Shown here: positions 8,143 to 17,071 of the stretch, piece after piece | Numbering within the stretch: the first letter of the stretch is position 1 | How the letters are laid out: every line of letters starts with the position of its first letter | Origin: Candidatus Omnitrophota bacterium | GTDB lineage: Bacteria; Omnitrophota; Gorgyraeia; JAFGHF01 | DNA length: 64,000 bases | Direction: 5' to 3' | NCBI GenBank assembly: GCA_042571705.1 | Contig: JBHPFV010000002.1 | Location: forward strand, 46,822-110,821 | Notes under the pieces: model-generated | Databases searched by the model: none | Told to the model about the DNA's origin: nothing | Seen by the model: only the letters and a program-made list of their open reading frames with translations | Translations under genes and position numbers: made by a program

Positions 8143-8931
8143 TTAAGCGAATTTAGAGTTGAAATCGGAAGGGATGCTGTATTGACGTTCGGTTAATTTA
8201 GCGGACAAGATCCTGCGGATATTAAAAGTGCGCAGAGCTACACGCAAATGACAAAAACCCACTATTCTTCCCAATTCTAAAGCATAAATATCGATTTGGC
8301 GGCGGCGTCTTCCGTCTTGGGCATTGGTTGAAGAATATTCAATTTCCAGTGTCCGGTGTTCCCGGAAGGCCACTTCGATTAGCCCGCTGACTGTTTGACC
8401 TTGGGCCCAGCTGACCGGAATCGTCTCCAGCCTTAAAGCCCGACGATAAAGCAGATGACCTCGGGTCTTCCCGTATTCATAAAGTTCGCGCGTAACTTGC
8501 ACGTCCTGTTGGCAATATTTAATCAGCTGATCAATCTCCCCGGCGCGGAAATATTTGAGCGCATCCAGGCCGGTGGCGCTTTTTCCGTGATTAAGCGTGG
8601 CCTGGGCAAGGGCGTTTAGCCCCAAGCGGTGGCCTAAGTAGCTCTCGACTTCAGTGAAAATATCCAATTTTTTAAGTTGAGTCAGATCAAAATTAAAGTA
8701 TGGCTGTAAGACCGGAAAGTCAAACTTAATAATATTAAAACCAATAATGAATTCCGCTGCCTTGAGATACGGCTCCAGCAGGTTTAAGTCTTTTTCTAGA
8801 AAGTTCTTGTACTGGCCTTCTGAATATGAGTAAATCCCCACCACCGAAACGCCCATCAAATCTAAGCGCCGGTTTTCCACTTGGCCAAAGCTCTTTTTAG
8901 TCTCTAAATCCAAGACGATTTTTCCAGACAT
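8143..8931 (-). CDS. RNase H-like DEDD exonuclease (YprB/RNase_H_2 type) fused to a C-terminal WYL domain
   Basis: LDLET, GFN..KFD, YCQQDV acidic motifs; C-terminal LEIEY...R.I.....GFCHLR...RTFNIRRI is WYL-like. Confidence 0.75.
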   Translation of the reverse strand: MSGKIVLDLETKKSFGQVENRRLDLMGVSVVGIYSYSEGQYKNFLEKDLNLLEPYLKAAEFIIGFNIIKFDFPVLQPYFNFDLTQLKKLDIFTEVESYLGHRLGLNALAQATLNHGKSATGLDALKYFRAGEIDQLIKYCQQDVQVTRELYEYGKTRGHLLYRRALRLETIPVSWAQGQTVSGLIEVAFREHRTLEIEYSSTNAQDGRRRRQIDIYALELGRIVGFCHLRVALRTFNIRRILSAKLTERQYSIPSDFNSKFA

Positions 8932-8941
8932 TCACTCGCTC

Positions 8942-8964
8942 GCTTCGCGGCTACGCGGCTACGC
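8942..8964 (-). repeat. three tandem GCGNAGC mini-hairpin units (8-bp period)
   Basis: minus strand reads GCGTAGC-C-GCGTAGC-C-GCGAAGC just upstream of the 8931 start. Confidence 0.6.
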
Positions 8965-8996
8965 GCTCAACTAGCTGTTTAACCAAAAAACGTTTT

Positions 8997-9254
8997 TTAC
9001 CCTGTTACCTTAAATACCAGGTCATGTTCCCGCACATGCTCATTAACTTTCAAACCGACCTGCTCGCCTACTTTGGCTTCCTGGACTTGTTTATGCTCAA
9101 TCTCTAATGCGCTCACTGTCTGCTGGAAGTCGCTGGTGTGGCCCTTAAAATGCAAGGTCTCGCCAACCTTAATCCCCTCTGCCTCAACCTTAATTATGCC
9201 CACACCGATGTGCCCAAAATAATGTGTGACTACGCCAATCTTTTTCTCTTCCAT
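8997..9254 (-). CDS. small translation-factor-like beta-barrel protein (EF-Tu domain II / U32 peptidase C-terminal-like)
   Basis: IGVVTHYF.HIGV...IKVGETLHFKGHTSDF.Q.V...VGLKV...VREHD.VFKV pattern. Confidence 0.7.
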   Translation of the reverse strand: MEEKKIGVVTHYFGHIGVGIIKVEAEGIKVGETLHFKGHTSDFQQTVSALEIEHKQVQEAKVGEQVGLKVNEHVREHDLVFKVTG

Positions 9255-9269
9255 TAGCCACCATCCTTT

Positions 9270-9644
9270 TTAAGGTTTATTGTTATGGTCGATATGCTCA
9301 GAGACATAACGATTGAGATTAAAGCGATCGAAATCACTGATCCCCGTAAATTCAACCCCGGTATCATACTTTTCTTCTGCCCCGTCTTTGATTTTGCGCT
9401 GCCAGACCACTCTGCCTAAGGCATGGATCGGGTCTTTTAAATCCGGGACCTTAATCAACAATTGCAGAGGTGTATCCGCAGGAAAGACCTGATCCAATAC
9501 TAAACAGAGACCGCCGGCGCTGATATTTTTTGAAAACACATCTATCCCGCCCGGCTTGCCAATTATAGTATAGCTTACGTCTACGGAAGTCTCTAAACGC
9601 GCGAACTTCCTTCTTTCTTCACTGGGCCATCCTCTTTTTTGCAT
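9270..9644 (-). CDS. PilZ domain protein
   Basis: ERRKFAR (RxxxR) and NISAGG motifs, GRVVW, GVEF. Confidence 0.85.
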   Translation of the reverse strand: MQKRGWPSEERRKFARLETSVDVSYTIIGKPGGIDVFSKNISAGGLCLVLDQVFPADTPLQLLIKVPDLKDPIHALGRVVWQRKIKDGAEEKYDTGVEFTGISDFDRFNLNRYVSEHIDHNNKP

Positions 9645-9656
9645 CAGTCCACCTCC

Positions 9657-10316
9657 TTATCTTTTAAACTTTACAAACTTGCTGACTGGATAAAAACTGT
9701 GGCGATGAATGGGTGTAATCCCGTATTTTCTGATTGCCCGCAGGTGGGCTTTGGAGTAATACCCGCGATTGGAACTAAACTGATAACGCGGGTAAACAAC
9801 GGAATAATAACTCATCAACTCATCCCTGAGGACCTTAGCCACAATTGAGGCTGAGGCGATGGAGAGACTTAGCTGATCCCCCTTAACAACAGTGCGATAT
9901 GGGACTGGTAGCAATCCATCATTAAATCTACCGTCAATCAGAGCAAACTCAGCTGATACGCTTAAGGCCTGCAGGGCCTGTTTCATTGCCAAAATAGTCG
10001 CTTGAAGGATATTCACCCGGTCAATCACAAGATTAGGTATGATTCCGATGCCAATGAAGCTCTGGCGCGTTATTTCTCGAAAGGCGTCCCGGCGTTTTAC
10101 AAAAGAAAGCTTCTTGGAATCAAAAATCCTGTTCGCAAACGAATAATTTTTCAGGATCACGGCCGCGGCCACCACCGGGCCGGCTAAGGGACCGCGTCCA
10201 GCCTCATCTACTCCGGCGATCAGCTTAAACTTTTTAGGAAACAGGCGCCGCTCATATCTTCTTAATTTCGCATTATGCCTGTTCCAATTACTGGGCGATT
10301 TTTGTCTTTTTGCCAA
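9657..10316 (-). CDS. rnhB: ribonuclease HII
   Basis: GVDEAGRGPLAGPVVAAAV, DSKKL, KGD..S.SIASASIVAKV.RD. Confidence 0.95.
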   Translation of the reverse strand: MAKRQKSPSNWNRHNAKLRRYERRLFPKKFKLIAGVDEAGRGPLAGPVVAAAVILKNYSFANRIFDSKKLSFVKRRDAFREITRQSFIGIGIIPNLVIDRVNILQATILAMKQALQALSVSAEFALIDGRFNDGLLPVPYRTVVKGDQLSLSIASASIVAKVLRDELMSYYSVVYPRYQFSSNRGYYSKAHLRAIRKYGITPIHRHSFYPVSKFVKFKR

Positions 10317-10623
10317 TTTTCTTTCTTAAATAATATAATTTGGCTCTTCTGACCCGACCTTTACTAATTACTTCGATTTTATCGACTGATGGGGAATTAA
10401 GCGGAAAAGTCCGCTCTAATCCTTCACCGTAGGAAACCTTGCGTACCGTAAAGGTTAGATTGGTGCCCCGGCCACGTTTGCGAATCAAGGTGCCTTCAAA
10501 AACCTGAATCCTGACCTTATCTTCTTCGCGAATCTTGACATGTACCCTGACTGCGCTGCCGACTCTAAGTTCAGGCAAATCTTTTTTTAGATGCGCGGCT
10601 TCAACCATATTGATTTGTTTCAT
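10288..10623 (-). CDS. rplS: 50S ribosomal protein L19
   Basis: RIQVFEG, TFTVRKVSYGEGLERTFP, GRVRRAKLYYLR. Confidence 0.97.
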   Translation of the reverse strand: MKQINMVEAAHLKKDLPELRVGSAVRVHVKIREEDKVRIQVFEGTLIRKRGRGTNLTFTVRKVSYGEGLERTFPLNSPSVDKIEVISKGRVRRAKLYYLRKKIGKKTKIAQ

Positions 10624-11327
10624 CTTGTAATTGCTCCTTTCCTACCCATTTTTAATAAGTCCGGTCTTTTTTTTCTGGTTGCCTCCACAGCCTTAGCTTT
10701 ACGCCAGTCTTCAATTAGGCGATGGTTACCGGAAAGCAAGACCTCCGGAACACTCATCCCCTGAAATACGGCCGGCCGTGTGTACTGCGGATATTCTAAG
10801 AGCCCCTGGTTAAATGACTCAGCAACTGTCGATTCGGCTTTACCTAAGACCTTGGGAATCAAACGCACTACACTGTCAATCAGCACCATGGCCGGCAACT
10901 CTCCGCAGGTCAATATAAAATCGCCAATAGAGATCTCGGTATCGGCCAATTTTTCGCCGACCCGCTGATCGACTCCTTCGTAATGACCACAGATCAGGAT
11001 CAGATGCTTATATTTAGCAAGCCGCTTAGCCAAGCGCTGATCAAGCTTTTTGCCCTGAGGTGTTAAGAGAATTGTCATCACTGCGCTACTGCTGCGTTTG
11101 CCTTTAAGCTTAGCCACCGCAGAGAAAATCGGCTCAGGCCGAAATACCATTCCCGGGCCGCCGCCAAAAGGACGGTCGTCAATTTTGCGCTGCCGATTAA
11201 TAGCGTGCTCTCTTAAATCATGAATCCCGATTCGGACTAAACCTTTTTTTTGCGCCCGCTTAATAATCGATTCGTTTAATACCGGCCCAAACATCTTCGG
11301 GAAAATCGTAATTACATCTATTTTCAC
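10620..11327 (-). CDS. trmD: tRNA (guanine-N1)-methyltransferase
   Basis: DDRPFGGGPGMV, CGHYEGVDQRV, SIGDFILTCGE, LLEYPQYTRP; GTG start at 11327 with an AAAGGTGG RBS. Confidence 0.95.
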   Translation of the reverse strand: MKIDVITIFPKMFGPVLNESIIKRAQKKGLVRIGIHDLREHAINRQRKIDDRPFGGGPGMVFRPEPIFSAVAKLKGKRSSSAVMTILLTPQGKKLDQRLAKRLAKYKHLILICGHYEGVDQRVGEKLADTEISIGDFILTCGELPAMVLIDSVVRLIPKVLGKAESTVAESFNQGLLEYPQYTRPAVFQGMSVPEVLLSGNHRLIEDWRKAKAVEATRKKRPDLLKMGRKGAITR

Positions 11328-11347
11328 TGAACCACCTTTAGCCAAGA

Positions 11348-11393
11348 GGACCTGGTCTCGCCGGATTATACACCCAATATGCGGACCTGGTCC
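11348..11393. repeat. two GGACCTGGTC(C/T) palindromic units in the rpsP-trmD gap
   Basis: units at 11348-11358 and 11383-11393; same unit at 37-47. Confidence 0.65.
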
Positions 11394-11440
11394 CTTTAAT
11401 AGCGCAAACCATTGCCCGCTCAATACGCAAAAAGGTACCG

Positions 11441-11683
11441 TTAAACTAGACCCTCTTTCTTTAACAGGCTCCTCACGGTATCACTAGGCACTGCTCCCGC
11501 TTGCAACCACTGCTGCGCTTTGACCCGATCAATTTTTACCAACGGTGGATTTTTTGAAGGATCATAATAGCCTAAATTGGCAATTTCCCGGGCATCGCGG
11601 GCCCTCAAGCCATCACAGACAATAATTCTTGAATGCGGCTTCATTTTTGTGCCTAGTCTCTTCAATCTAATCTTTACAGCCAT
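11441..11683 (-). CDS. rpsP: 30S ribosomal protein S16
   Basis: MAVKIRLKRLG, LGYYDP, WL..GA.PSDTV. Confidence 0.95.
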   Translation of the reverse strand: MAVKIRLKRLGTKMKPHSRIIVCDGLRARDAREIANLGYYDPSKNPPLVKIDRVKAQQWLQAGAVPSDTVRSLLKKEGLV

Positions 11684-11702
11684 CGCCTACTCCCTTTCTT
11701 TC

Positions 11703-12965
11703 TTATTCTTTTTCTCTCCAAATCTTTGCTCCCAAACCGGAAAGCTTCTCTTCCATTTTTTCATAGCCACGGTCTAAATGATAAACTCTTGAAATCTCAG
11801 TCTTGCCTTGGGCCACCAAAGCGGCTAAAACCAGGCTGGCCGAGGCCCGCAGGTCTGAGGCCATCACCGGAGCGCCGCTTAATTTGGCCGTCCCCTTGAT
11901 AATTGCGCTTGAGCCTTCTTTCATAATTTGGGCGCCCATCCGGCTTAATTCGCTAATGTGCATGAACCGCTCGGGATAAATCTTTTCCGTAATCACACTA
12001 ATGCCGGATGAGACCGACATCAAAGCCATCATTTGAGCCTGCAGGTCGGTGGGAAAGCCCGGAAAAGGCAAGGTAGTAATATCCACGGGCTTGAGTCTTT
12101 TGGACGACTTAACATGTATGGCGTCACCTATATTTTTAATCACTACACCGACATCCCTTAATTTATCAATTAATGCCCCCAAATGCCCGATGCATACGCC
12201 CTTAATAGTGATCTCACCCTTAGTCATCGCGCAGGCTAAAATATAGGTCCCGGCCTCAATGCGGTCGTTAATGATTTGATGTTCGACGCCGTGTAGTTTC
12301 TGTACGCCCTCGATCTCAATTGTGTGCGTGTTCTGGCCCTTAATCTTAGCTCCCATCTTGACTAAGAAATTAGCCAAATCAACAATCTCCGGCTCACAGG
12401 CCGCATTCTCAATGATCGTTTTTCCCGGTGTCAGCGTGGCCGCCATGATAACATTAGCAGTAGCCAAAACTGATGAACCAAACGGCCCGCCTAGATAAAT
12501 CCTGGCTCCTTTTAACTTTTTTCCGTCCGCAATAACATATCCATGCTCAATCTTTATCTTCGCGCCCAAGCCACTTAAACCTTTCAGGTGTAAATCAATT
12601 GGTCGTGGTCCGATTACGCAGCCTCCGGGCAAGGATACCCGGGCTAACTTCTGCTTTGCTAAAAGTGGTCCGAGCACACAGATTGAGGCCCGCATCGTAC
12701 TGACCAATTTGTAGTCGGCGGTAATGTTGTTATATTTAGTGGGCTCAACGATAACCCGGCTATCTTGAAACTGGGTCTTGACCCCTAAGCTACGTAAAAT
12801 CTTAACCATCGTCTGAACATCGCGCAGATTAGGCACATTTTTAATAACACACAACTCATCAGTGAGCAATGTCGCCGCTAAAATAGGTAAAGCCGCATTT
12901 TTAGCGCCACTAATCTGGACCAGGCCGTTAAGCTTTTTTCCTCCTTCAATAATTAGTTTGTCCAT
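11703..12965 (-). CDS. murA: UDP-N-acetylglucosamine 1-carboxyvinyltransferase
   Basis: SGAKNAALP, LPGGCVIGPRPIDLHL, PGFPTDLQ, HLDRGYE. Confidence 0.97.
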   Translation of the reverse strand: MDKLIIEGGKKLNGLVQISGAKNAALPILAATLLTDELCVIKNVPNLRDVQTMVKILRSLGVKTQFQDSRVIVEPTKYNNITADYKLVSTMRASICVLGPLLAKQKLARVSLPGGCVIGPRPIDLHLKGLSGLGAKIKIEHGYVIADGKKLKGARIYLGGPFGSSVLATANVIMAATLTPGKTIIENAACEPEIVDLANFLVKMGAKIKGQNTHTIEIEGVQKLHGVEHQIINDRIEAGTYILACAMTKGEITIKGVCIGHLGALIDKLRDVGVVIKNIGDAIHVKSSKRLKPVDITTLPFPGFPTDLQAQMMALMSVSSGISVITEKIYPERFMHISELSRMGAQIMKEGSSAIIKGTAKLSGAPVMASDLRASASLVLAALVAQGKTEISRVYHLDRGYEKMEEKLSGLGAKIWREKE

Positions 12966-13861
12966 AGCTCCTGCTTCTTTTGCGCAATCAATACTCTATA
13001 TTTTTGATTGTAGTCCTGCGTTATTGAAGAAAACATCAGCCCGGGGTGTTTTGTTAAAATCTCAATGATCGGCTGTTTTTGCTCTTCGCCAATCTCACAA
13101 ACCAAAACACCTTGGGTCTGTAAATACTCAGAAGCCTGGGCTATAATCATCCGGTAATAGTCCAGCCCGTCTGGACCGCCGTCAATAGCCAGCTTAGGCT
13201 CATAATTTAATTCGCGAGGCAGCTGCGAAATCTGCGCTGTTTTGATATAAGGCGGGTTGCTGACGATTAAAGAGAACTGCCGATCTTTCTTAAAGGCATT
13301 GAATAAGTAGCTTTTAACTAAAGAAATGTTGACCCGGTTTAAAAGGGCGTTCTCCTGGCTCAATTTTAAAGCAGAATCAGATATATCGCAAGCAAAAATT
13401 TTGGCATTACTCAAATACTTCGCGCAACTTATGGCAATATTCCCACTGCCACAACCTAGGTCTAGGATTTTCGGGGCTAGACCTGTGTCTAGGATTTTCG
13501 GGGCTAGACCTGTGTCTAGGATTTTACTAAAACTATCTTTCAGCCGAAGCACAGTTTCTACCAAAACTTCAGTTTCCGGCCGGGGAATAAACACGCCCGG
13601 TCTGACCTTAAATGGCAGCCCCATGAATTCTGTAGTTCCCAGTAGATATTGTAATGGCAAACCATCCGCCCGCTCAGACAATAGCCCCCAAAAACGCCTT
13701 AGTTTTGGGGCGTAAACCTGAACATTATCAAGATAGAGCTCAATCCGGGCGCAACCCAGCACATGCGCAAGAAAGAGTTCGCTTTCTCCTTGAGCATTGG
13801 CAATGCCGCTTTGCGACAAGAAATTATATCCTGCTTTAAGCAATCCTAAGCGGTTATTCAT
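12953..13861 (-). CDS. prmC: release factor glutamine methyltransferase with an 18-aa in-frame repeat insertion
   Basis: [25 protein letters not shown]; adjacent to prfA. Confidence 0.95.
   Translation of the reverse strand: MNNRLGLLKAGYNFLSQSGIANAQGESELFLAHVLGCARIELYLDNVQVYAPKLRRFWGLLSERADGLPLQYLLGTTEFMGLPFKVRPGVFIPRPETEVLVETVLRLKDSFSKILDTGLAPKILDTGLAPKILDLGCGSGNIAISCAKYLSNAKIFACDISDSALKLSQENALLNRVNISLVKSYLFNAFKKDRQFSLIVSNPPYIKTAQISQLPRELNYEPKLAIDGGPDGLDYYRMIIAQASEYLQTQGVLVCEIGEEQKQPIIEILTKHPGLMFSSITQDYNQKYRVLIAQKKQELWTN
13460..13525. repeat. 27-bp tandem repeat inside prmC (KILDTGLAP twice plus KILD)
   Basis: GTCTAGGATTTT at 13460, 13487 and 13514, separated by CGGGGCTAGACCTGT. Confidence 0.95.
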
Positions 13862-14928
13862 AGTTTAAGCCGTCGTTTCTTGTCCTCAAGGACTAAGGCC
13901 GCGGTGATCTCCTCCAGTCCGCCGTTCAAAACCGATTCTAACTTATGCACAGTCAAACCGATCCTGTGATCAGTAACCCGGCGATCCGGAAAGTTATAAG
14001 TGCGAATCTTCTCACTGCGATCCCCTGAGCCCACTTGTGACTTACGGGTCTGGCTGATCTGATCTTTCTGATCTGTCTGAATCTTATCTAACAGCCGGGC
14101 CCTCAAGACACGCATGGCCTTGACTTTATTTTTTAGCTGTGAGCGCTCATCCTGACAACTGACCACCAGCCCCGAAGGCAGATGCGTAAGCCTGACCGCA
14201 GAATCAGTGGTATTTACGCCCTGTCCACCCGGGCCGGTAGCACGATAGAGATCCACTCTAATATCTTTAGGTTCGATCTTGACTTCTACTTCCTCAGGTT
14301 CAGCTAAAACAGCGACTGAGACCGCCGAGGTATGTATCCGTCCTTGAGTCTCGGTTGCCGGGACCCGTTGTACGCGATGCACTCCACTTTCATGTCTCAA
14401 CTTAAAGTAGGCGTCTTTGCCCTGTAAGGAAAAAACAATTTCCTTAACCCCGCCAATTGCTGTTGGCCGGGAACTTAAAAGCTCCATTTTCCATCCTGAG
14501 TTGGCGGCATACTTACTATACATCCGGTATAAATCAGCGGCAAACAAGGCGGCCTCGTCTCCCCCGGTCCCGGCCCTGATCTCTACAATAATGTTCTTAT
14601 TGGCCCCGCTTTCCTCGGCAATGAGCGAGTCTTCTAATTCCTGCTTTAACTTTTGCTGCTGTTGTTTAAGTTCCGCTGCTTCCGCTTTAGCCAGATCGAT
14701 GAATTCCTGATCCTGTTGATGCTGAGGATCTTCCAAAAGCACCTTAGTTTGTTCCAATTCACGGCCGATGGCCTGATAGCGCTGATGTTTTTTTACAATC
14801 TCAGACAAATCAGCAAATTCTTTAGCGCACTTTGCGTACTGGCTTTTATCTTTTAAAGTCTCCGGAGCAGCCAAAAGATCCTGTAATGTCTTGTGGCGCT
14901 GCTTTATCTTTTCTAAACGCTCAAACAT
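13858..14928 (-). CDS. prfA: peptide chain release factor 1
   Basis: [25 protein letters not shown] (PxT motif), [15 protein letters not shown]. Confidence 0.97.
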   Translation of the reverse strand: MFERLEKIKQRHKTLQDLLAAPETLKDKSQYAKCAKEFADLSEIVKKHQRYQAIGRELEQTKVLLEDPQHQQDQEFIDLAKAEAAELKQQQQKLKQELEDSLIAEESGANKNIIVEIRAGTGGDEAALFAADLYRMYSKYAANSGWKMELLSSRPTAIGGVKEIVFSLQGKDAYFKLRHESGVHRVQRVPATETQGRIHTSAVSVAVLAEPEEVEVKIEPKDIRVDLYRATGPGGQGVNTTDSAVRLTHLPSGLVVSCQDERSQLKNKVKAMRVLRARLLDKIQTDQKDQISQTRKSQVGSGDRSEKIRTYNFPDRRVTDHRIGLTVHKLESVLNGGLEEITAALVLEDKKRRLKL

Positions 14929-14952
14929 GCTTATGGTCTATTTGGTTTTCAG

Positions 14953-15159
14953 TTATTTTTTGATATTGCCGTATTTGCGCTTAAACTTCTCTACTCGGCC
15001 CGCGGAATCAACAAATTTCTGTTTTCCGGTATACAAGGGATGGCACTTAGAACAAATCTCTACACGGATGTTTTGCCGTGTGGAGCGAGTGTGGATTACC
15101 TCTCCGCAAGCGCAGGTGATCGTCGTATCTTTATATTCTGGGTGGATTTTTGGTTTCAT
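14953..15159 (-). CDS. rpmE: 50S ribosomal protein L31 (zinc-binding type)
   Basis: [24 protein letters not shown]. Confidence 0.97.
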   Translation of the reverse strand: MKPKIHPEYKDTTITCACGEVIHTRSTRQNIRVEICSKCHPLYTGKQKFVDSAGRVEKFKRKYGNIKK

Positions 15160-15168
15160 CTTAACCTC

Positions 15169-16428
15169 CTATATCAAATTTAATTTATCCAACGACATCA
15201 AAAACTCAGCATTCGTCTTAAACTTCCTGATTTTTCCAATCAAAAGCTCCATCGCCTCTACTGTGCTTAAGTCATGTAAGGCCTTACGCAAAATCCAGAC
15301 CTTTTTTAGCTCTTCCGGATCCAGCAGTAATTCTTCACGGCGGGTGTTGGAGCGTTTAATGTCAATCGCCGGGTAAATTCTACGCTGGAAAAGGTTGCGG
15401 TCCAATTGCAATTCCATGTTTCCGGTGCCTTTAAACTCTTCAAAAATAACTTCATCCATCCGGCTGCCGGTATCAATCAAGGCAGTAGCGATAATGGTTA
15501 ATGAGCCTCCTTCTTCAACGCTGCGGGCGGCGCCGAAAAAACGCTTGGGTTTGTGTAGGGCGCTGGAATCCACGCCACCGGTCAAGATCTTTCCGCTATG
15601 CGGGGCGATTGTATTATAGGCCCGGGCCAGACGGGTAATGCTGTCCAAGAGAACCACTACGTCTTTTTTGTGCTCAACCAGCCTTTTGGCCTTCTCTAAG
15701 ACTACCTCGGCCACCTGAATGTGCCGCTCGGCCGGCTCATCAAAAGTAGAGCTGATCACCTCGGCCTTGACCGAACGTTCCATGTCGGTTACCTCTTCCG
15801 GACGTTCATCTATTAATAAAATAATCAACATTGCCTCAGGGGCATTGGCGGTAATGGCATTGGCCACTTTCTGCATAATCACGGTCTTGCCGCTGTAGGG
15901 CGGAGCGACAATTAAGGCCCGCTGTCCTTTCCCCAGAGGAGTAATTAAATCCATAATCCGCGTGGAGATTCCATCTGCAGAGGCCTCCAGCAAATATCGA
16001 TCTTTAGGATAGAGCGGAGTAAGGTTATCAAATAGAATTTTGTCTTTGGTCCCTTCCGGATCGGAAAAATTAACCGCCTCTACTTTAAGCATGGCGAAAT
16101 ATTTTTCCCCTTCTTTTGGTGGGCGGATCTGGCCGCTGACCGTATCTCCCGTTCGTAAGGCAAATTTGCGAATCTGTGACGGAGAAATATAAATATCGTC
16201 CGGGCAAGGTAAATAATTATAATTAGGAGAGCGCAGGAAGCCAAAGCCATCCTGCAGGATTTCTAATATCCCTTCCCCGAAGATCCGGCCTTCCTTCTGG
16301 GCTTGAGCCTGCAGCAGCTTAAAGATCAATTCCTGTTTCTTCAGGCCGCTGGTCCCGTTAATCTTAAAGTCCTTGGCCAGTTTACTCAACTCAGGAATCT
16401 TCATATTCTGCAAATTAGTAATTTCCAT
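15169..16428 (-). CDS. rho: transcription termination factor Rho
   Basis: [41 protein letters not shown]. Confidence 0.98.
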   Translation of the reverse strand: MEITNLQNMKIPELSKLAKDFKINGTSGLKKQELIFKLLQAQAQKEGRIFGEGILEILQDGFGFLRSPNYNYLPCPDDIYISPSQIRKFALRTGDTVSGQIRPPKEGEKYFAMLKVEAVNFSDPEGTKDKILFDNLTPLYPKDRYLLEASADGISTRIMDLITPLGKGQRALIVAPPYSGKTVIMQKVANAITANAPEAMLIILLIDERPEEVTDMERSVKAEVISSTFDEPAERHIQVAEVVLEKAKRLVEHKKDVVVLLDSITRLARAYNTIAPHSGKILTGGVDSSALHKPKRFFGAARSVEEGGSLTIIATALIDTGSRMDEVIFEEFKGTGNMELQLDRNLFQRRIYPAIDIKRSNTRREELLLDPEELKKVWILRKALHDLSTVEAMELLIGKIRKFKTNAEFLMSLDKLNLI

Positions 16429-16441
16429 ACTCTCCTCCGTT

Positions 16442-17071
16442 TTAGACGGTTAAATCTTGCCAAATTTTTCTTACTTGTTTACGTGTCTGCGCCAGCGTCC
16501 CAGAATTATCGATCACATAGTCAGCTAGTTTAACCTTAACTGATAAGGGGGCTTGGGAGCGAATCCTCTTGATTGTCATTTGTTTAGATAACCCTTGAGC
16601 TTTTTTTAATCGTTTAACAATCAGGCCTTGCTTAGCTTTGACAACAATTAATGTATCTACAATGTTTAGTAAGCCCGCCTCGATTAAAAGCGGGGCATCT
16701 ACTAAAACTAATCTTTGCTTTTGGTTGCGGCTTAATCTTTTTAGTCTCTGCTTGATGCTGCTGATAATTGCCGGATGAGTGATCCGGATCAGTTTTTTAA
16801 GCAACTTGGGCTCGGCAAAAACCTCATCACCCAGCTTCTTCCTGCAAATCTCTCCCCGCGTTGTTAGAATATCACGGCCAAAAACAGAAATTATTTTTTT
16901 ATAAACCCCTCCGGTTGAATCGATTAACTGATGATAGGTCTGATCGGCATCGATCACCACCGCCCCCAGTCGCTTGAACATTCCGGCAGAGGTGGTCTTT
17001 CCCGAACCAAAGCAACCGGTCAAGCCCAAAACCTTGATCTTAGTTTTAATTCTGCCTGCCGCTGAGCACAT
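16442..17071 (-). CDS. coaE: dephospho-CoA kinase
   Basis: [32 protein letters not shown]. Confidence 0.92.
   Translation of the reverse strand: MCSAAGRIKTKIKVLGLTGCFGSGKTTSAGMFKRLGAVVIDADQTYHQLIDSTGGVYKKIISVFGRDILTTRGEICRKKLGDEVFAEPKLLKKLIRITHPAIISSIKQRLKRLSRNQKQRLVLVDAPLLIEAGLLNIVDTLIVVKAKQGLIVKRLKKAQGLSKQMTIKRIRSQAPLSVKVKLADYVIDNSGTLAQTRKQVRKIWQDLTV

Noticed and set aside
11328-11423. N-terminal extensions in the ORF track for trmD, and similarly DUF2156, GH5, uvrA, argH and asd
   Set aside because: Homology and RBS or stop-start overlap point to downstream starts. The apparent GH5 signal peptide is rsmA sequence read in another frame.
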